Source: Octopus vulgaris | Lineage: Eukaryota | Assembly: GCA_951406725.2 (NCBI GenBank) | Contig: OX597816.1 | Span: 15,996,001-16,060,000, forward strand | Direction: 5' to 3' | Length of the DNA: 64,000 nt | Shown here: piece after piece, positions 62,885-64,000 of the stretch | How positions within the stretch are numbered: the stretch's first letter is position 1 | Layout of the letters: each line of letters starts with the position of its first letter | Notes under the pieces: model-generated | The model's database searches: none | What the model saw: only the letters and a program-made list of their open reading frames with translations | What the model was told of the DNA's origin: nothing | Made by a program: the position numbers and the translations under genes

Positions 62885-64000
62885 TCATCATCATCATCAT
62901 CATCATTTAACGTCCGCTTTCCATGCTAGCATGGGTTGGACGGTTCAACTGGGGTCTGGGGAGCCCGAAGGCTGCACCAGGCCAGTCTGATCTGGCAGTG
63001 TTTCTACAGCTGGATGCCCTTCCTAACGCCAACCACTCTGTAGTGGGTGATTTTATGTGCCACCGACACAGGTGCCAGACGAGGCTGGCGAACGGCCACG
63101 CTCGGATGGTGTTTTTTATGTGCCACCGACACAGGTGCCAGACGAAGCTGGCAGACGGCCACGCTCGGATGGTGTTTTTATGTGCCACCGACACAGGTGC
63201 CAGATGAGGCTGGCGAACGGCCACGATCGGATGGTGTTTGTTACGTGCCCACAGCACGGAGGCCAGTTGATGCGGTACTGGCTACGGCCACGTTCGGATG
63301 GTTTTCTTGTGTGCCACCGGCACTGGTACCACAAAGATACAAATTCCATTGATGTTCATCTATTTTGATTTGTTTTGATTTGATTTGATTTGATTTGATT
63401 TTCACTTGCCTCAACAGGTCTTCACAAGTGTCACAAGAAGGGAGGTATGCACAGGTGGACTGACTACGTCCCAGGTAGGGGCCACAGGTTATGGCCTGAC
63501 TAGTCTTGCCGGGTCTTCGGATGGTGTTTTTATGTGCCACCGACACAGGTGCCAGATGAGGCTGGCGAACGGCCACGATCGGATGGTGTTTGTTACGTGC
63601 CCACAGCACGGAGGCCAGTTGATGCGGTACTGGCTACGGCCACGTTCGGATGGTTTTCTTGTGTGCCACCGGCACTGGTACCACAAAGATACAAATTCCA
63701 TTGATGTTCATCTATTTTGATTTGTTTTGATTTTGATTTTCACTTGCCTCAACAGGTCTTCACAAGTGTCACAAGAAGGAAGGTATGCACAGGTGGACTG
63801 ACTACGCCCCAGGTAGGGGCCACAGGTTATGGCCTGACTAGTCTTGCCGGGTCTTCGGATGGTGTTTTTATGTGCCACCGACACAGGTGCCAGATGAGGC
63901 TGGCGAACGGCCACGATCGGATGGTGTTTGTTACGTGCCCACAGCACGGAGGCCAGTTGATGCGGTACTGGCTACGGCCACGTTCGGATGGTTTTCTTGT
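62885..64000 (-). mobile_element. Family B element with ~340-350-bp tandem multimer, runs off the window
   Basis: Units start at 63166, 63518 and 63856. Confidence 0.88.

Noticed and set aside
46900-64000. A second host gene upstream of the kinase
   Set aside because: No exon-like segment with splice sites and a recognisable non-TE protein found; small exons could have been missed

Overview
AT-rich, repeat-dense eukaryotic genomic DNA. The SINE complement and microsatellite load point to an octopod cephalopod (inference). The one host gene I can support is a minus-strand TBK1/IKK-epsilon-family Ser/Thr kinase. It has a probable non-coding exon 1 near 46.1 kb and nine coding exons (34910 down to 3480; 1171 nt, all GT-AG, all phases compatible) encoding the complete kinase domain and the ubiquitin-like domain; the gene continues off the left edge. 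Almost all ORFs in the supplied track are spurious (microsatellite or SINE derived). The rest of the window is mobile DNA: at least four SINE families, remnants of RTE, CR1, Tx1 and Penelope retroelements, mariner and Tc1-like remnants, Helitrons, piggyBac- and hAT-like MITEs, satellites and large palindromes. Most notable: (i) several hammerhead-ribozyme folds, one in sense orientation inside a kinase intron and one with a compensatory U3-A8 core; (ii) an RTE-tailed short element with a tandemly amplifying structured module that spawns 63-bp, 26-bp and ~340-bp arrays; (iii) a Meta-domain SINE that shares its 3' tail with Tx1-like LINEs and forms multimers with an identical junction at two loci.
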